This document shows, piece by piece, positions 62,878 to 64,000 of a stretch of DNA of 64,000 nt. Under the pieces are notes generated by a model. The model made no database searches and was not told the DNA's origin. It was given only the letters and a program-made list of their open reading frames with translations. The translations under genes were made by a program, and so were the position numbers. How positions within the stretch are numbered: the first letter of the stretch is position 1; every line of letters starts with the position of its first letter. The stretch is from Entomortierella parvispora E1425 (lineage: Eukaryota; Fungi; Mortierellomycota). The stretch spans positions 1,674,001 to 1,738,000 of the forward strand of contig BQFW01000003.1 in assembly GCA_020891255.1 (NCBI GenBank), in the 5' to 3' direction.

Positions 62878-63286
62878 GAGTCAGCACGCTGGATGAAGGT
62901 GAAAAAAAGAAGAAAAGAAACAAGGAGACGAGCGAGAGAGACAGGGAGATGGGGCGTGGAGAATGAAGGAAAGACGCGACGACAGGGGGGAAAAGGAGGG
63001 CGAAGAGTAAGTTTGGCACTGCGTTGCACACTGCACACACTGCACACAACCACTGCACACAGCACACACTATCACACTGCACACATCCCACGATCGATCG
63101 CAGTCACCGGATCGCACGTCAACAAAAACACACACACACAAACGCGCCCTCTTCCCAGGCGCGTTTCTTGTCCCTGCCTCTTTCCTCTTTCCTCTTTCTC
63201 CATCGGTCTTCATTCGCATCCCTGCTCCTTGTTCCTCCCCTCCCCTCTCTCCCCTCTCCTCTCTCCTTGCTTCACATATCACCATA

Positions 63287-64000
63287 ATGACCGAGGCTTC
63301 GCTCAAGGACAGACCCGAGTTTGACCTCGGTACGGGAACTTCCTCTGCTCTTAATGGGGCAGAAGTAGCATCCATCTAATTTGCCTCGGTTGCCACCAAA
63401 AAAAAGTCTTGTGAATGTCACTCATCATTGACCATGGCCCCTCCTTCCTGCTCCTCTGCCTCCATTCTTCTCGACTTCAATAGACAACCAAGGAGAGCAA
63501 AAGTACTGCTCCTTCCTCAGGAGTCTTCCCGAGCGCCAGGAGAACTGCATTCGTCTGTTTGAGCGAAGCTCAGGCGTAAGTGGCTGGCTCTTCGGCTGTG
63601 TTGTCACTACTGGCTACCCCACCCCTCTTTCTAACAGTGTTTCTTTTTCTCTATGTTTGCTGTCCCGTTTATTCAACAATTCATCAACAACAGGACTTCT
63701 ACAGCGTCCACGGCGAGGATGCCTATTTCATCGCGCAGCATGTCTACAAAACGACCTCCGTCATCAAGTACCTTGGAGGTGATGTTTCAACCGGTGTTCC
63801 CAGCTGCACCCTTTCCAGGACAACCTGCGAGACCTTCCTGCGGGATGCTCTACTGAACAGGCAAATGAGGGTGGAGATTTGGGCTGCAGAGCCTCGCAAG
63901 CAGAATGTCTGGTCCATTGTCAAGCGAGCCTCCCCAGGAAATTTGCAGGATATGGAAGACTTGTTGTTTTCCCATACCGATATGGCGGCTTCGCCCATCG
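63287..64000 (+). CDS. MSH2: DNA mismatch repair protein MSH2, 5' part (runs off the window edge)
   Basis: MTEASLKDRPEFDL / DNQGEQKYCSFLRSLPERQENCIRLFERSSG / DFYSVHGEDAYFIAQHVYKTTSVIKYLG...TFLRDALLNRQMRVEIW...KRASPGNLQDMEDLLF. Confidence 0.95.

Overview
Eukaryotic genomic DNA from an intron-rich fungus. Gene content, intron style and the transposon family suggest an early-diverging lineage, probably Mortierellaceae/Mucoromycota (inference). About 20 protein-coding loci are supported. Recognisable ones are VPS29 (partial), an MCM1/SRF MADS-box factor, a GPI-anchored 8-Cys protein, a PPP1R21 (KLRAQ/FERRY)-like protein, a GT49 glycosyltransferase, RTP1/TANGO6, a thioesterase-fold protein, a division-1 chitin synthase, SF3A1/PRP21, RPL17, GCP5, Nup53/35, BCD1, a type II NADH dehydrogenase, a DUF6463-like membrane protein, a GDP-fucose-type transporter, an INTS8-like protein and MSH2 (partial). 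There is also a tRNA-Glu(CTC). Two accessory patches stand out. The first (24.2-29.3 kb) holds a 1.93-kb element bounded by internally repetitive inverted repeats that carries an unknown ORF, plus a small secreted protein. The second (49-52 kb) holds a decayed, intron-containing Fanzor/TnpB-like nuclease remnant followed by a nested stem-loop (omegaRNA candidate), palindrome clusters, the tRNA and a bacterial-type DUF6463 gene. All family calls come from recalled motif similarity, not database searches. CDS coordinates span introns, and exon boundaries were placed by eye.
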